DNA of 63,608 nucleotides, the filler included, from Diploschistes diacapsis (taxonomy: Eukaryota): the NCBI GenBank assembly GCA_023645945.1. It is 11 parts of 11 records of this genome, joined end to end, with 100 filler letters (N's around TTAATTAATTAA, not from the genome) between each part and the next. Parts side by side here need not be neighbours in the genome. Positions count along the whole stretch, not along the records: positions 57,946 to 63,608 come from JALAIB010001502.1; 10 more parts are not named here. One strand, written 5' to 3'. The notes under the pieces are model-generated. The model saw only the letters and a program-made list of their open reading frames with translations, was not told the origin of the DNA and did not search any database. Positions 62,022-63,608 of the stretch are shown in pieces (position 1 is the stretch's first letter; every line of letters begins with the position of its first letter). Made by a program: the position numbers and the translations under genes.

Positions 62022-63608
62022 GAGGGACACCCTATCTATACAGAAGGACACCCCTCGCTAAATTGATCAATAATACTTCATACCCGTCAATGGTACCTCC
62101 CATAAGCTTATTTCTTGATATTGTGATCATAGAAGATTTCTCTCACCTTCAAACCCTAAATATGCTTCACTAAACGATTCCCTTTCGTCTTCTAACACCT
62201 TCGATGCTCGGGATTTTTTCTTGCCTGATAATCATGTCCTGAGCCCTATCCGCTCAATATTCTCCCGATCAGGCAAGATTTGGCTGAAAACTCTGCCGAA
62301 AACACTCTGGCCCCCCCCTGCAGTAAACGGAGACGCGTATGTGAGCTCAAACGAAGCCTTGATAGGCCTAGACGTATTTGCCGCGCAGCAAGGCTACGCA
62401 ATAGTTATAAGACGATCTAGGCATGCAGTGTCCGTGTCAGTATCGGCCAGCCTAAAACGATCTAAGATAGGCAATTGGGGATAAGCTCAATCGCTCCGAA
62501 GAGTATACCCTGAATGCTGCAGGGCGAGGTCCATAGAACTCGGGAGGGAACGAATTCTCATTTCAAAGCGTGCGAGAGAACCCTGGAATACGCCAGGTGG
62601 TTCGAAAAGATTGCCCCTCTCAGGCAAAATCGAGGTATGATAGGGCTTCAGACCGGTGGTTTTCTTGCCGAGGTATCAAATACAGAGCATACTTATAAGG
62701 CTTTAGCAAATGGTATTTATTATCTTCAGAGGCGATTATCTCCTGAGATGGTTCGAGAAATCGAGCAGAGCGTTTCAGCAGGTATTGGTGCTTCTGATAT
62801 CATTAATCAACTATAGCGGAGGCATTAATGAAACTTCACAGCAAGGGATATGAGTAATTTCCGGAATAGTTTGCGATTTAAGCAATTAGGAGGGTATTTT
62901 GCTGCAAAAAATCCCATACCTTAAGCTCAAGGACGACGTTGAAATGGAGGTATTTCATGAGGTGGACTAATGAGATCGCTTGATAAAGCTTTTCTTCTTG
63001 TTTAAAAAAAGCCTGGAGATTGTTAGAGCTAACCCTGATACTTTTATCATTAACGATATTGAATAGCACAGTATTTAAGCGGGCAATAGTCTAATCCTAA
63101 AATTCTTGAAGCCCTAGGCTCGTTTAAGGTTAATATATAACGGTATATACTACGGCCTCATATAGGTATAATCCGGTAATAAAATCATCAGGGTATACAC
63201 AGTGGTTGGCTCTTTGGAATTGTCTGGGCAAATAGCGCATTATGCTATGGGAAAGGTTTATGCTTAGTGAGTGAAGGGTGAGAGGGGCAGCATGGCCGAA
63301 GTCTAGGCGGTGATTAGGGGCATGCAGCCATTAATTACTACGAGAGAACTCAAGGACTACTATGCGCTCACCGGCTTAAAGATTTACAAGAATAAGGGCA
63401 AAAGGTTATCACGGATCACTTTGGTATTCATTAGCATCTTTGCAGAGACTTTAGCGCCGAATTTTTTAGGGGGCAGTTATTCTGACCGAAATAAACGCTA
63501 TTACATAAGTAAATTATCGGAGTTGACACTTCCGATCTTTCTGAATTTTCTATGTCTTCCCACTACATCTCAATATACGTGCACGGTTTATTTGAAGCAA
63601 AGAATATC
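62022..63608 (+). mobile_element. Degenerate Mutator-like (MULE) transposon, transposase pseudogene
   Basis: Fragments FAAQQGYAIVIRRS (FAR1-like), GIGASDIINQL..FTARDMSNFR, DRLIKLFF..SLEIVRANPDTFII and TQGLLCAHRL..HFGIH*HL with many stops; upstream GAGGGACACCC/GAAGGACACCC repeat may be the terminus. Confidence 0.75.

Overview
This window is not one locus. It is 11 unrelated contigs of about 5.7 kb from a filamentous ascomycete (Pezizomycotina), sorted by decreasing length (5734 to 5663 bp) and joined by an artificial 100-bp spacer (44 N + TTAATTAATTAA + 44 N). Most genes are intron-rich housekeeping genes: NOC3, NIP7, SRP72, RAD3/XPD, RMT2, carboxypeptidase Y, glutamate decarboxylase, MSH5, verprolin, the glfB/glfA galactofuranose pair, RKI1, ULA1, HSP10, CMC1, TAF9 and RPC34. 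There is also an intron-containing tRNA-Met, a NACHT-ankyrin NLR, a PTH11-like receptor, an MFS permease, a cupin, and mutated DNA-transposon debris (Fot1/pogo-type MITEs and ends, a hAT-like end, a Mutator remnant). Manual splicing gave the most notable observations: (1) an AT-AC intron with major-spliceosome-type signals that is needed to complete the GAD reading frame; (2) a possible second AT-start donor in verprolin; (3) an AUG-less presequence-like N-terminal extension on RKI1; (4) a TA-flanked MITE family seen on three contigs; (5) a RIP-like mutation pattern that spares CpG. Gene identities come from recognised protein motifs, not from database searches.
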